From Botryllus schlosseri (taxonomy: Eukaryota), in contig CM119372.1 of NCBI GenBank assembly GCA_051294905.1, positions 28,770,001-28,834,000 on the forward strand: a stretch of 64,000 bases of DNA. Reading direction: 5' to 3'. Made by a program: the position numbers and the translations under genes. This document shows, piece after piece, positions 50,847-64,000 of the stretch (position 1 is the stretch's first letter; each line of letters begins with the position of its first letter). The notes under the pieces are model-generated. The model was not told the DNA's origin. It was given only the letters and a program-made list of their open reading frames with translations, and searched no databases.

Positions 50847-51007
50847 ATACTTACGTGACGAGGCAGTGAACCATGATCAAAAGGCGGTTCTGCCCGGGCG
50901 AGGCCTAGCCATTGCACTTCGGCTTGGTTGACCTCGGCGATTACCCCAAATGTGGGTAACTCGGTCGTGTAAGTTCTGGTAGTGGGGTCTGCGTTCGCGC
51001 TAACCCA
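50847..51007 (+). ncRNA. RNU1: U1 variant with 5' end ATACTTACGTG and Sm site AAGTTCTGG
   Basis: C9>G, one A lost in loop I, Sm change; possible pseudogene. Confidence 0.85.
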
Positions 51008-51270
51008 TTCCATCCAACCATACTAATTAAATAGCTCACAGTGCATGGAAAAGGATTCGTGGCCAGCGGCTCTCGTAACGACACTCACTTACATGCATTC
51101 TCGCAAAGCCGCTGATTATAATAAATATACCAAATACTTGGTTTGTTGATTTATTTTCTGCCTCGGAACGAACGTGGCCATATAACACGTTTTGAGTTGG
51201 CCTACACCTCGATTTGTTCTCGTGGACCTGCGATATAGCAATGGCGTCTGACCTTTACATCGTTATAGTG

Positions 51271-52152
51271 CAGGGGCTGGCAACTTCTCCAGTCGGCGGG
51301 CCGGATAGAGGAAAATTAGGTACTTGGCGGGCCGGATTGCTGAATCGACACATTATTCGCCCATTTATCCACATATACAAGGAATAAATCGTATTTAATA
51401 AATGTATTTTAACGACAGCAATGTCGCTTCAAAGCCATTTCTCCGATAATGGCGAGGACAGTGTGGATTTGAGAATAACATTATCATACAGGCGCCGCCA
51501 TGTCTGCTTCACTCTGATCAATCAACACACGGTGCAATCCCTAGTTAAGATTTCAAGTCGTTCGATGACCCCGGTAACCCTAATTTACCAAGATATCAAT
51601 TCATTAGGGTTGAGTAGGTGCCGTGATAGCGTCGTTGTTCAACTGTGTGGCGTAAATAATCTCGAATATTGAATTCATACGGCCCGCGTTTTCTACAAAA
51701 TTTGAAAACTGGCCTGCGACCCGTTTTGAGATGGCGACCCCTGGAATATGCGGTGCCTTACAAAAGCCTAGAAGTGTGGCGTGCTACAAGTCGGCGGTTG
51801 CGGAATCGAAAATAAGAAATATATCAGTCTGGTGTAAATGACCATTGTAGTCGACAAAAATCATGATTACCACAGACGACATTAGGGTTGAGTGCATATC
51901 GCAAATGCCGATAATGCAAGTCTTCTCGCTTCGACGAACTTACGCGTATGCTCCACTCTCGCAACGATGCGCACACACGTATATAATAATATACAGTCAC
52001 TTAAATTTGACGTAGTATGCAAGTAGTGGGGGATCTCGACAGACTCGGGCCGCGGGCCACATTATCATGTAAGACGGAAAACCGTCCGCGGGCCGGACAA
52101 AATCCCTTCGCGGGCCGGATCCGGCCCGCGGGCCGTATGTTGCCCACCCCTG
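51271..52152. mobile_element. hAT-type MITE copy
   Basis: Same TIRs and TSD as 47434-48315. Confidence 0.9.
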
Positions 52153-52703
52153 TTATAGTGTCTGTTTCTGGGTAAGATTTAACGATTAGCGGTTAGTAGG
52201 CCTTTTCCGTATAGTGCGAGCCTAATTTCTTTTTCACCTAGCTCTCCTGAACTGATCATATACACTTCATGTATTTCGATAAGCGCCTGGATTGTGGCGA
52301 GAATTGATGACAGTCAGAAGATTAGAAATTAATCTACAATAGGCTTTCCCTATATGCCTCGCTTTTGTAGCTGTGAAAACTTTGCATTGCTATGTCACGC
52401 TTCTGTAATCCTATACCGGCTCTTTATTGCCAAAGCGAATATCAGAGCACCATGGAGATGACCATAACACGCAAGATAATGATTATCGCACTTTTGAGCA
52501 AGGAATGGACGGTGGAGGCGTCCAATATCATCGATGACGTCCCAATCATATTTGGCGTTCGCGTCTAGTAGAAACTATTTCATTTTGCTTCGGCGATTCA
52601 AAGCGCACTTGGTGAATGCATTTATGCATATATGGTGAGCGTGCTCACCACAATATTTATTTTGTTGTATGAAATTGGGTGTCAATAAATTTCTGGAAAA
52701 CTC

Positions 52704-52865
52704 ATACTTACCTGACGAGGCAGTGAACCATGATCAAAAAGGCGGTTCTGCCCGGGCGAGGCCTAGCCATTGCACTTCGGCTTGGTTGACCTCGGCGATT
52801 ACCCTAAATGTGGGTAACTCGGTCGTCTAATTACTGGTAGTGGGGTCTGCGTTCGCGCTAACCCT
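52704..52865 (+). ncRNA. RNU1: U1 variant (Sm site AATTACTGG)
   Basis: U1 motifs present. Confidence 0.88.
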
Positions 52866-53132
52866 TTCCATCCAACCAACCATACTAATTAAATAGCTCA
52901 CAGTGCACGGAAAAGAATTCGTGGCCAGCGGCTCTCGTAACGACACTCACTTACATGCATTCTCGCAAAGCCGCTGATTATTATAAATATACCAAATACT
53001 TGGGTTGTTGATTTATTTTCCCCCTCGGAACGAACGTGGCCATATAACACGTTTTGAGTTGGCCTACACCTCGATTTGTTCTCGTAGACCTGCGATATAG
53101 CAATGGCGTCTGACCTTTACATCGTTATAGTG

Positions 53133-54014
53133 CAGGGGCTGGCAACTTCTCCAGTCGGCGGGCCGGATAGAGGAAAATTAGGTACTTGGCGGGCCGGATT
53201 GCTGAATCGACACATTATTCGCCCATTTATCCACATATACAAGGAATAAATCGTATTTAATAAATGTATTTTAACGACAGCAATGTCGCTTCAAAGCCAT
53301 TTCTCCGATAATGGCGAGGACAGTGTGGATTTGAGCATAACATTATCATACAGGCGCCGCCATGTCTGCTTCACTCTGATCAATCAACACACGGTGCAAT
53401 CCCTAGTTAAGATTTCAAGTCGTTCGATGACCCCGGTAACCCTAGTTTACCAAGATATCAATTCATTAGGGTTGAGTAGGTGCCGTGATAGCGTCGTTGT
53501 TCAACTGTGTGGCGTAAATAATCTCGAATATTGAATTCATACGGCCCGCGTTTTCTACAAAATTTGAAAACTGGCCTGCGACCCGTTTTGAGATGGCGAC
53601 CCCTGGAATATGCGGTGCCTTACAAAAGCCTAGAAGTGTGGCGTGCTACAAGTCGGCGGTTGCGGAATCGAAAATAAGAAATATATCAGTCTGGTGTAAA
53701 TGACCATTGTAGTCGACAAAAATCATGATTACCACAGACGACATTAGGGTTGAGTGCATATCGCAAATGCCGATAATGCAAGTCTTCTCGCTTCGACGAA
53801 CTTACGCGTATGCTCCACTCTCGCAACGATGCGCACACACGTATATAATAATATACAGTCACTTAAATTTGACGTAGTATGCAAGTAGTGGGGGATCTCG
53901 ACAGACTGGGGCCGCGGGCCACATTATCATGTAAGACGGAAAACCGTCCGCGGGCCGGACAAAATCCCTTCGCGGGCCGGATCCGGCCCGCGGGCAGTAT
54001 GTTGCCCACCCCTG
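53133..54014. mobile_element. hAT-type MITE copy
   Basis: Same TIRs and TSD. Confidence 0.9.
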
Positions 54015-54586
54015 TTATAGTGTCTGTTTCTGGGTAAGATTTAACGATTAGCGGTTAGTAGGCCTTTTCCGTATAGTGCGAGCCTAATTTCTTTTTCACC
54101 TAGCTCTCCTGAACTGATCATATACACTTCATGTATTTCGATAAGCGCCTGGATTGTGGCGAGAATTGATGACAGTCGGCAGATCAGAAATTAATCTACA
54201 ATAGGCTTTCCCTATATGCCTCGCTTTTGTAGCTGTGAAAACTTTGCATTGCTATGTCACGCTTCTGTAATCCTATACCGGCTCTTTATTAGCAAAGCGA
54301 ATATCAGAGCACCATGGAGTTGACCATAAAACGCAAGATAATGATTATCGCACTTTTAAGCAAGGAATGGACGGTGGAATTCGCAATTGGACGCCGCAGT
54401 CAGTCCAATATCATCGATGACGTCCCAATCATACTTGGCGTTCGCGTCTAGTAGAAACTATTTCATTTTGCTTCGGCGATTCAAAGCGCACTTGGTGAAT
54501 GCATTTATGCATATGTGGAGAGCGTGCTCACCACAATATTTATTTTGTTGTATGAAATTGGGTGTCAATAAATTTCTGGAAAACTC

Positions 54587-54748
54587 ATACTTACCTGACG
54601 AGGCAGTGAACCATGATCAAAAAGGCGGTTCTGCCCGGGCGAGGCCTAGCCATTGCACTTCGGCTTGGTTGACTTCGGCGATTACCCCAAATGTGGGTAA
54701 CTCGGTCGTGTGATTTCTGGTAGTGGGGTCTGCGTTCGCGCTAACCCT
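54587..54748 (+). ncRNA. RNU1: U1 snRNA (Sm site GATTTCTGG)
   Basis: U1 motifs present. Confidence 0.92.
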
Positions 54749-55575
54749 TTCCATCCAACCATTCTGATTAAATAGCTCACAGTGCATGAAAAAGAATTCG
54801 TGGCCAGCGGCTCTCGTAACGACACTCACTTACATGCATTTTCGCAAAGCCGCTGATTATTATAAAAATACCAAATACTTGGTTTGTTGATTTATTTTCC
54901 CCCTCGGAACGAACGTGGCCATATAACACGTTTTGAGTTGGCCTACACCTCGATTTGTTCTCGTAGACCTGCGATAGAGCAATGGCGTCTGACCTTTACA
55001 TCGGTATAGTGTCTGTTTCTGGTTAAGATTTCACGATTAGCGGTTAGTAGGCCTTTTCCGTATAGTGCGAGCCTAATTTCTTTTTCACCTAGCTCTCCTG
55101 AACTGATCATATACACTTCATGTATTTTGATAAGCGCCTGGATTGTGGCGAGAATTGATGACAGTCTGCAGATCAGAAATTAATCTACAATAGGCTTTCC
55201 CTATATGCCTCGCTTTTGTAGCTGTGAAAACTTTGCATTGCTATGTCACGCTTCTGTAATCCTATACCGGCTCTTTATTGGCAAAGCGAATATCAGAGCA
55301 CCATGGAGATGACCATAAAACACAAGATAATGATTATCGCACTTTTAAGCAAGGAATGGACGGTGGAATTCGCAATTGGACGCCGCAGTCAGTCCAATAT
55401 CATCGATGACGTCCCAATCATATTTGGCGTTCGCGTCTTGTAGAAACTATTTCATTTTGCTTCGGCGATTCAAAGCGCACTTGGTGAATGCATTTATGCA
55501 TATGTGGAGAGCGTGCTCACCACAATATTTACTTTGTTGTATGAAATTGGGTGTCAATAAATTTCTGGAAAACTC

Positions 55576-55736
55576 ATACTTACCTGACGAGGCAGTGAAC
55601 CATGATCAAAAGGCGGTTCTGCCCGGGCGAGGCCTAGCCATTGCACTTCGGCTTGGTTGACCTCGGCGATTACCCCAAATGTGGGTAACTCGGTCGTGTA
55701 AGTTCTGGTAGTGGGGTCTGCGTTCGCGCTAACCCT
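55576..55736 (+). ncRNA. RNU1: U1 variant (loop I minus one A, Sm site AAGTTCTGG)
   Basis: U1 motifs present. Confidence 0.87.
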
Positions 55737-55999
55737 TTCCATCCAACCATACTAATTAAATAGCTCACAGTGCATGGAAAAGAATTCGTGGCCAGCGGCT
55801 CTCGTAACGACACTCACTTACATGCATTCTCGCAAAGCCGCTGATTATAATAAATATACCAAATACTTGGTTTGTTGATTTATTTTCCCCCTCGGAACGA
55901 ACGTGGCCATATAACACGTTTTGAGTTGGCCTACACCTCGATTTGTTCTCGTGGACCTGCGATATAGCAATGGCGTCTGACCTTTACATCGTTATAGTG

Positions 56000-56863
56000 C
56001 AGGGGCTGGCAACTTCTCCAGTCGGCGGGCCGGATAGAGGAAAATTAGGTACTTGGCGGGCCGGATTGCTGAATCGACACATTATTCGCCCATTTATCCA
56101 CATATACAAGGAATAAATCGTATTTAATAAATGTACTTTAACGACAGCAATGTCGCTTCAAAGCCATTTCTCCGATAATGGCGAGGACAGTGTGGATTTG
56201 AGAATAACATTATCATACAGGCGCCGCCATGTCTGCTTCACTCTGATCAATCAACACACGGTGCAATCCCTAGTTAAGATTTCAAGTCGTTCGATGACCC
56301 CGGTAACCCTAATTTACCAAGATATCAATTCATTAGGGTTGAGTAAGTGCCGTGATAGCGTCGTTGTTCAACTGTGTGGCGTAAATAATCTCGAATATTG
56401 AATTCATACGGCCCGCGTTTTCTACAAAATTTGAAAACTGGCCTGCGACCCGTTTTGAGATGGCGACCCCTGGAATATGCGGTGCCTTACAAAAGCCTAG
56501 AACTGTGGCGTGCTACAAGTCGGCGGTTGCGGAATCGAAAATAAGAAATATATCAGTCTGGTGTAAATGACCATTGTAGTCGACAAAAATCATGATTACC
56601 ACAGACGACATTAGGGTTGAGTGCATATCGCAGATGCCGATAATGCAAGTCTTCTCGCTTCGACGAACTTACGCGTATGCTCCACTCTCGCAACGATGCG
56701 CACACACGTATATAGTAATATACAGTCACTTAAATTTGACGTAGTATGCAAGTAGTGGGGGATCTCGACAGACTGGGGCCGCGGGCCACATTATCATGTA
56801 AGACGGAAAACCATCCGCGGGCCGGACAAAATCCCTTCGCGGGCCGTATGTTGCCCACCCCTG
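56000..56863. mobile_element. hAT-type MITE copy with 18-bp subterminal deletion
   Basis: Same TIRs and TSD; GATCCGGCCCGCGGGCCG missing. Confidence 0.9.
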
Positions 56864-57414
56864 TTATAGTGTCTGTTTCTGGGTAAGATTTACCGATTAG
56901 CGGTTAGTAGGCCTTTTCCGTATAGTGCGAGCCTAATTTCTTTTTCACCTAGCTCTCCTGAACTGATCATATACACTTCATGTATTTCGATAAGCGCCTG
57001 GATTGTGGCGAGAATTGATGACAGTCAGAAGATTAGAAATTAATCTACAATAGGCTTTCCCTATATGCCTCGCTTTTGTAGCTGTGAAAACTTTGCATTG
57101 CTATGTCACGCTTCTGTAATCCTATACCGGCTCTTTATTGCCAAAGCGAATATCAGAGCACCATGGAGATGACCATAACACGCAAGATAATGATTATCGC
57201 ACTTTTGAGCAAGGAATGGACGGTGGAGGCGTCCAATATCATCGATGACGTCCCAATCATATTTGGCGTTCGCGTCTAGTAGAAACTATTTCATTTTGCT
57301 TCGGCGATTCAAAGCGCACTTGGTGAATGCATTTATGCATATGTGGTGAGCGTGCTCACCACAATATTTATTTTGTTGTATGAAATTGGGTGTCAATAAA
57401 TTTCTGGAAAACTC

Positions 57415-57576
57415 ATACTTACCTGACGAGGCAGTGAACCATGATCAAAAAGGCGGTTCTGCCCGGGCGAGGCCTAGCCATTGCACTTCGGCTTGGTTGA
57501 CCTCGGCGATTACCCTAAATGTGGGTAACTCGGTCGTGTAATTCCTGGTAGTGGGGTCTGCGTTCGCGCTAACCCT
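57415..57576 (+). ncRNA. RNU1: U1 variant (Sm site AATTCCTGG)
   Basis: U1 motifs present. Confidence 0.88.
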
Positions 57577-57843
57577 TTCCATCCAACCAACCATACTAAT
57601 TAAATAGCTCACAGTGCACGGAAAAGAATTCGTGGCCAGCGGCTCTCGTAACGACACTCACTTACATGCATTCTCGCAAAGCCGCTGATTATTATAAATA
57701 TACCAAATACTTGGGTTGTTGATTTATTTTCCCCCTCGGAACGAACGTGGCCATATAACACGTTTTGAGTTGGCCTACACCTCGATTTGTTCTCGTAGAC
57801 CTGCGATATAGCAATGGCGTCTGACCTTTACATCGTTATAGTG

Positions 57844-58725
57844 CAGGGGCTGGCAACTTCTCCAGTCGGCGGGCCGGATAGAGGAAAATTAGGTACTTGG
57901 CGGGCCGGATTGCTGAATCGACACATTATTCGCCCATTTATCCACATATACAAGGAATAAATCGTATTTAATAAATGTATTTTAACGACAGCAATGTCGC
58001 TTCAAAGCCATTTCTCCGATAATGGCGAGGACAGTGTGGATTTGAGCATAACATTATCATACAGGCGCCGCCATGTCTGCTTCACTCTGATCAATCAACA
58101 CACGGTGCAATCCCTAGTTAAGATTTCAAGTCGTTCGATGACCCCGGTAACCCTAGTTTACCAAGATATCAATTCATTAGGGTTGAGTAGGTGCCGTGAT
58201 AGCGTCGTTGTTCAACTGTGTGGCGTAAATAATCTCGAATATTGAATTCATACGGCCCGCGTTTTCTACAAAATTTGAAAACTGGCCTGCGACCCGTTTT
58301 GAGATGGCGACCCCTGGAATATGCGGTGCCTTACAAAAGCCTAGAAGTGTGGCGTGCTACAAGTCGGCGGTTGCGGAATCGAAAATAAGAAATATATCAG
58401 TCTGGTGTAAATGACCATTGTAGTCGACAAAAATCATGATTACCACAGACGACATTAGGGTTGAGTGCATATCGCAAATGCCGATAATGCAAGTCTTCTC
58501 GCTTCGACGAACTTACGCGTATGCTCCACTCTCGCAACGATGCGCACACACGTATATAATAATATACAGTCACTTAAATTTGACGTAGTATGCAAGTAGT
58601 GGGGGATCTCGACAGACTGGGGCCGCGGGCCACATTATCATGTAAGACGGAAAACCGTCCGCGGGCCGGACAAAATCCCTTCGCGGGCCGGATCCGGCCC
58701 GCGGGCAGTATGTTGCCCACCCCTG
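57844..58725. mobile_element. hAT-type MITE copy
   Basis: Duplicate of 53133-54014 at +4711. Confidence 0.9.
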
Positions 58726-59297
58726 TTATAGTGTCTGTTTCTGGGTAAGATTTAACGATTAGCGGTTAGTAGGCCTTTTCCGTATAGTGCGAGCCTAATT
58801 TCTTTTTCACCTAGCTCTCCTGAACTGATCATATACACTTCATGTATTTCGATAAGCGCCTGGATTGTGGCGAGAATTGATGACAGTCGGCAGATCAGAA
58901 ATTAATCTACAATAGGCTTTCCCTATATGCCTCGCTTTTGTAGCTGTGAAAACTTTGCATTGCTATGTCACGCTTCTGTAATCCTATACCGGCTCTTTAT
59001 TAGCAAAGCGAATATCAGAGCACCATGGAGTTGACCATAAAACGCAAGATAATGATTATCGCACTTTTAAGCAAGGAATGGACGGTGGAATTCGCAATTG
59101 GACGCCGCAGTCAGTCCAATATCATCGATGACGTCCCAATCATACTTGGCGTTCGCGTCTAGTAGAAACTATTTCATTTTGCTTCGGCGATTCAAAGCGC
59201 ACTTGGTGAATGCATTTATGCATATGTGGAGAGCGTGCTCACCACAATATTTATTTTGTTGTATGAAATTGGGTGTCAATAAATTTCTGGAAAACTC

Positions 59298-59459
59298 ATA
59301 CTTACCTGACGAGGCAGTGAACCATGATCAAAAAGGCGGTTCTGCCCGGGCGAGGCCTAGCCATTGCACTTCGGCTTGGTTGACTTCGGCGATTACCCCA
59401 AATGTGGGTAACTCGGTCGTGTGATTTCTGGTAGTGGGGTCTGCGTTCGCGCTAACCCT
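59298..59459 (+). ncRNA. RNU1: U1 snRNA (Sm site GATTTCTGG)
   Basis: Duplicate of the 54587 copy. Confidence 0.92.
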
Positions 59460-60286
59460 TTCCATCCAACCATTCTGATTAAATAGCTCACAGTGCATGA
59501 AAAAGAATTCGTGGCCAGCGGCTCTCGTAACGACACTCACTTACATGCATTTTCGCAAAGCCGCTGATTATTATAAAAATACCAAATACTTGGTTTGTTG
59601 ATTTATTTTCCCCCTCGGAACGAACGTGGCCATATAACACGTTTTGAGTTGGCCTACACCTCGATTTGTTCTCGTAGACCTGCGATAGAGCAATGGCGTC
59701 TGACCTTTACATCGGTATAGTGTCTGTTTCTGGTTAAGATTTCACGATTAGCGGTTAGTAGGCCTTTTCCGTATAGTGCGAGCCTAATTTCTTTTTCACC
59801 TAGCTCTCCTGAACTGATCATATACACTTCATGTATTTTGATAAGCGCCTGGATTGTGGCGAGAATTGATGACAGTCTGCAGATCAGAAATTAATCTACA
59901 ATAGGCTTTCCCTATATGCCTCGCTTTTGTAGCTGTGAAAACTTTGCATTGCTATGTCACGCTTCTGTAATCCTATACCGGCTCTTTATTGGCAAAGCGA
60001 ATATCAGAGCACCATGGAGATGACCATAAAACACAAGATAATGATTATCGCACTTTTAAGCAAGGAATGGACGGTGGAATTCGCAATTGGACGCCGCAGT
60101 CAGTCCAATATCATCGATGACGTCCCAATCATATTTGGCGTTCGCGTCTTGTAGAAACTATTTCATTTTGCTTCGGCGATTCAAAGCGCACTTGGTGAAT
60201 GCATTTATGCATATGTGGAGAGCGTGCTCACCACAATATTTACTTTGTTGTATGAAATTGGGTGTCAATAAATTTCTGGAAAACTC

Positions 60287-60447
60287 ATACTTACCTGACG
60301 AGGCAGTGAACCATGATCAAAAGGCGGTTCTGCCCGGGCGAGGCCTAGCCATTGCACTTCGGCTTGGTTGACCTCGGCGATTACCCCAAATGTGGGTAAC
60401 TCGGTCGTGTAAGTTCTGGTAGTGGGGTCTGCGTTCGCGCTAACCCT
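60287..60447 (+). ncRNA. RNU1: U1 variant (Sm site AAGTTCTGG)
   Basis: Duplicate of the 55576 copy. Confidence 0.87.
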
Positions 60448-60710
60448 TTCCATCCAACCATACTAATTAAATAGCTCACAGTGCATGGAAAAGAATTCGT
60501 GGCCAGCGGCTCTCGTAACGACACTCACTTACATGCATTCTCGCAAAGCCGCTGATTATAATAAATATACCAAATACTTGGTTTGTTGATTTATTTTCCC
60601 CCTCGGAACGAACGTGGCCATATAACACGTTTTGAGTTGGCCTACACCTCGATTTGTTCTCGTGGACCTGCGATATAGCAATGGCGTCTGACCTTTACAT
60701 CGTTATAGTG

Positions 60711-61574
60711 CAGGGGCTGGCAACTTCTCCAGTCGGCGGGCCGGATAGAGGAAAATTAGGTACTTGGCGGGCCGGATTGCTGAATCGACACATTATTCGC
60801 CCATTTATCCACATATACAAGGAATAAATCGTATTTAATAAATGTACTTTAACGACAGCAATGTCGCTTCAAAGCCATTTCTCCGATAATGGCGAGGACA
60901 GTGTGGATTTGAGAATAACATTATCATACAGGCGCCGCCATGTCTGCTTCACTCTGATCAATCAACACACGGTGCAATCCCTAGTTAAGATTTCAAGTCG
61001 TTCGATGACCCCGGTAACCCTAATTTACCAAGATATCAATTCATTAGGGTTGAGTAAGTGCCGTGATAGCGTCGTTGTTCAACTGTGTGGCGTAAATAAT
61101 CTCGAATATTGAATTCATACGGCCCGCGTTTTCTACAAAATTTGAAAACTGGCCTGCGACCCGTTTTGAGATGGCGACCCCTGGAATATGCGGTGCCTTA
61201 CAAAAGCCTAGAACTGTGGCGTGCTACAAGTCGGCGGTTGCGGAATCGAAAATAAGAAATATATCAGTCTGGTGTAAATGACCATTGTAGTCGACAAAAA
61301 TCATGATTACCACAGACGACATTAGGGTTGAGTGCATATCGCAGATGCCGATAATGCAAGTCTTCTCGCTTCGACGAACTTACGCGTATGCTCCACTCTC
61401 GCAACGATGCGCACACACGTATATAGTAATATACAGTCACTTAAATTTGACGTAGTATGCAAGTAGTGGGGGATCTCGACAGACTGGGGCCGCGGGCCAC
61501 ATTATCATGTAAGACGGAAAACCATCCGCGGGCCGGACAAAATCCCTTCGCGGGCCGTATGTTGCCCACCCCTG
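60711..61574. mobile_element. hAT-type MITE copy with 18-bp deletion
   Basis: Duplicate of 56000-56863. Confidence 0.9.
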
Positions 61575-62125
61575 TTATAGTGTCTGTTTCTGGGTAAGAT
61601 TTACCGATTAGCGGTTAGTAGGCCTTTTCCGTATAGTGCGAGCCTAATTTCTTTTTCACCTAGCTCTCCTGAACTGATCATATACACTTCATGTATTTCG
61701 ATAAGCGCCTGGATTGTGGCGAGAATTGATGACAGTCAGAAGATTAGAAATTAATCTACAATAGGCTTTCCCTATATGCCTCGCTTTTGTAGCTGTGAAA
61801 ACTTTGCATTGCTATGTCACGCTTCTGTAATCCTATACCGGCTCTTTATTGCCAAAGCGAATATCAGAGCACCATGGAGATGACCATAACACGCAAGATA
61901 ATGATTATCGCACTTTTGAGCAAGGAATGGACGGTGGAGGCGTCCAATATCATCGATGACGTCCCAATCATATTTGGCGTTCGCGTCTAGTAGAAACTAT
62001 TTCATTTTGCTTCGGCGATTCAAAGCGCACTTGGTGAATGCATTTATGCATATGTGGTGAGCGTGCTCACCACAATATTTATTTTGTTGTATGAAATTGG
62101 GTGTCAATAAATTTCTGGAAAACTC

Positions 62126-62287
62126 ATACTTACCTGACGAGGCAGTGAACCATGATCAAAAAGGCGGTTCTGCCCGGGCGAGGCCTAGCCATTGCACTTC
62201 GGCTTGGTTGACCTCGGCGATTACCCTAAATGTGGGTAACTCGGTCGTGTAATTCCTGGTAGTGGGGTCTGCGTTCGCGCTAACCCT
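62126..62287 (+). ncRNA. RNU1: U1 variant (Sm site AATTCCTGG)
   Basis: Duplicate of the 57415 copy. Confidence 0.88.
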
Positions 62288-63118
62288 TTCCATCCAACCA
62301 ACCATACTAATTAAATAGCTCACAGTGCACGGAAAAGAATTCGTGGCCAGCGGCTCTCGTAACGACACTCACTTACATGCATTCTCGCAAAGCCGTTGAT
62401 TATTATAAATATACCAAATACTTGGTTTGTTGATTTATTTTCCCCCTCGGAACGAACGTGGCCATATAACACGTTTTGAGTTGGCCTACACCTCGATTTG
62501 TTCTCGTAGACCTGCGATATAGCAATGGCGTCTGACCGTTACATCGGTATAGTGTCTGTTTCTGGTTAAGATTTCACGGTTAGCGGTTAGTAGGCCTTTT
62601 CCGTATAGTGCGAGCCTAATTTCTTTTTCACCTAGCTCTCCTGAACTGATCATATACACTTCATGTATTTTGATAAGCACCTGGATTGTGGCGAGAATTG
62701 ATGACAGTCTGCAGATCAGAAATTAATCTACAATAGGCTTTCCCTATATGCCTCGCTTTTGTAGCTGTGAAAACTTTGCATTGCTATGTCTCGCTTCTGT
62801 AATCCTATACCGGCTCTTTATTGGCAAAGCGAATATCAGAGCACCATGGAGATGACCATAAAACACAAGATAATGATTATCGCTCTTTTAAGCAAGGAAT
62901 GGACGGTGGAATTCGCAATTGGACGCCGCAGTCAGTCCAATATCATCGATGACGTCCCAATCATATTTGGCGTTCGCGTCTAGTAGAAACTATTTCATTT
63001 TGCTTCGGCGATTCAAAGCGCACTTGGTGAATGCATTTATGCATATGTGGAGAGCGTGCTCACCACAATATTTATTTTGTTGTATGAAATTGGGTGTCAA
63101 TAAATTTCTGGAAAACTC

Positions 63119-63279
63119 ATACTTACGTGACGAGGCAGTGAACCATGATCAAAAGGCGGTTCTGCCCGGGCGAGGCCTAGCCATTGCACTTCGGCTTGGT
63201 TGACCTCGGCGATTACCCCAAATGTGGGTAACTCGGTCGTGTAAGTTCTGGTAGTGGGGTCTGCGTTCGCGCTAACCCA
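63119..63279 (+). ncRNA. RNU1: U1 variant with 5' end ATACTTACGTG
   Basis: Duplicate of the 50847 copy at +12272. Confidence 0.85.
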
Positions 63280-63542
63280 TTCCATCCAACCATACTAATT
63301 AAATAGCTCACAGTGCATGGAAAAGGATTCGTGGCCAGCGGCTCTCGTAACGACACTCACTTACATGCATTCTCGCAAAGCCGCTGATTATAATAAATAT
63401 ACCAAATACTTGGTTTGTTGATTTATTTTCTGCCTCGGAACGAACGTGGCCATATAACACGTTTTGAGTTGGCCTACACCTCGATTTGTTCTCGTGGACC
63501 TGCGATATAGCAATGGCGTCTGACCTTTACATCGTTATAGTG

Positions 63543-64000
63543 CAGGGGCTGGCAACTTCTCCAGTCGGCGGGCCAGATAGAGGAAAATTAGGTACTTGGC
63601 GGGCCGGATTGCTGAATCGACACATTATTCGCCCATTTATCCACATATACAAGGAATAAATCGTATTTAATAAATGTATTTTAACGACAGCAATGTCGCT
63701 TCAAAGCCATTTCTCCGATAATGGCGAGGACAGTGTGGATTTGAGAATAACATTATCATACAGGCGCCGCCATGTCTGCTTCACTCTGATCAATCAACAC
63801 ACGGTGCAATCCCTAGTTAAGATTTCAAGTCGTTCGATGACCCCGGTAACCCTAATTTAACAAGATATCAATTCATTAGGGTTGAGTAGGTGCCGTGATA
63901 GCGTCGTTGTTCAACTGTGTGGCGTAAATAATCTCGAATATTGAATTCATACGGCCCGCGTTTTCTACAAAATTTGAAAACTGGCCTGCGACCCGTTTTG
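63543..64000. mobile_element. hAT-type MITE copy, truncated by window end
   Basis: Left TIR CAGGGGCTGGCAAC after TTATAGTG. Confidence 0.88.

Larger units (their letters stand above)
45229..64000 (+). repeat. Tandem U1 snRNA gene array, right block (13 genes, 7 MITE-bearing spacers)
   Basis: Same unit as the left block. Confidence 0.97.

Overview
Eukaryotic (probably invertebrate animal) genomic DNA. The backbone is a head-to-tail tandem array of U1 spliceosomal snRNA genes (unit about 0.97-1.01 kb, + strand; 25 full-length copies and one 5'-truncated copy), split into 5378-19255 and 45229-64000. Nine spacers carry the same ~880-bp hAT-type MITE. The array has been invaded by L1/Tx1-type non-LTR retrotransposons. 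Element A ends in poly(A) inside the U1 coding sequence. A 26-kb nested stack sits just 3' of a U1 gene: element C, with element B apparently inside its 5'UTR, followed by several short poly(A)-tailed 3' fragments. The 5'UTR of B is interrupted by a 13.7-kb near-perfect palindrome (6.35-kb arms, 975-bp spacer) with AGTAGT...ACTACT ends and a 6-bp target-site duplication, i.e. Polinton/Maverick-type termini, but with no recognisable core genes. A related element ends at 1091 inside element A. All calls come from reading the sequence by eye; no database search or folding program was run.
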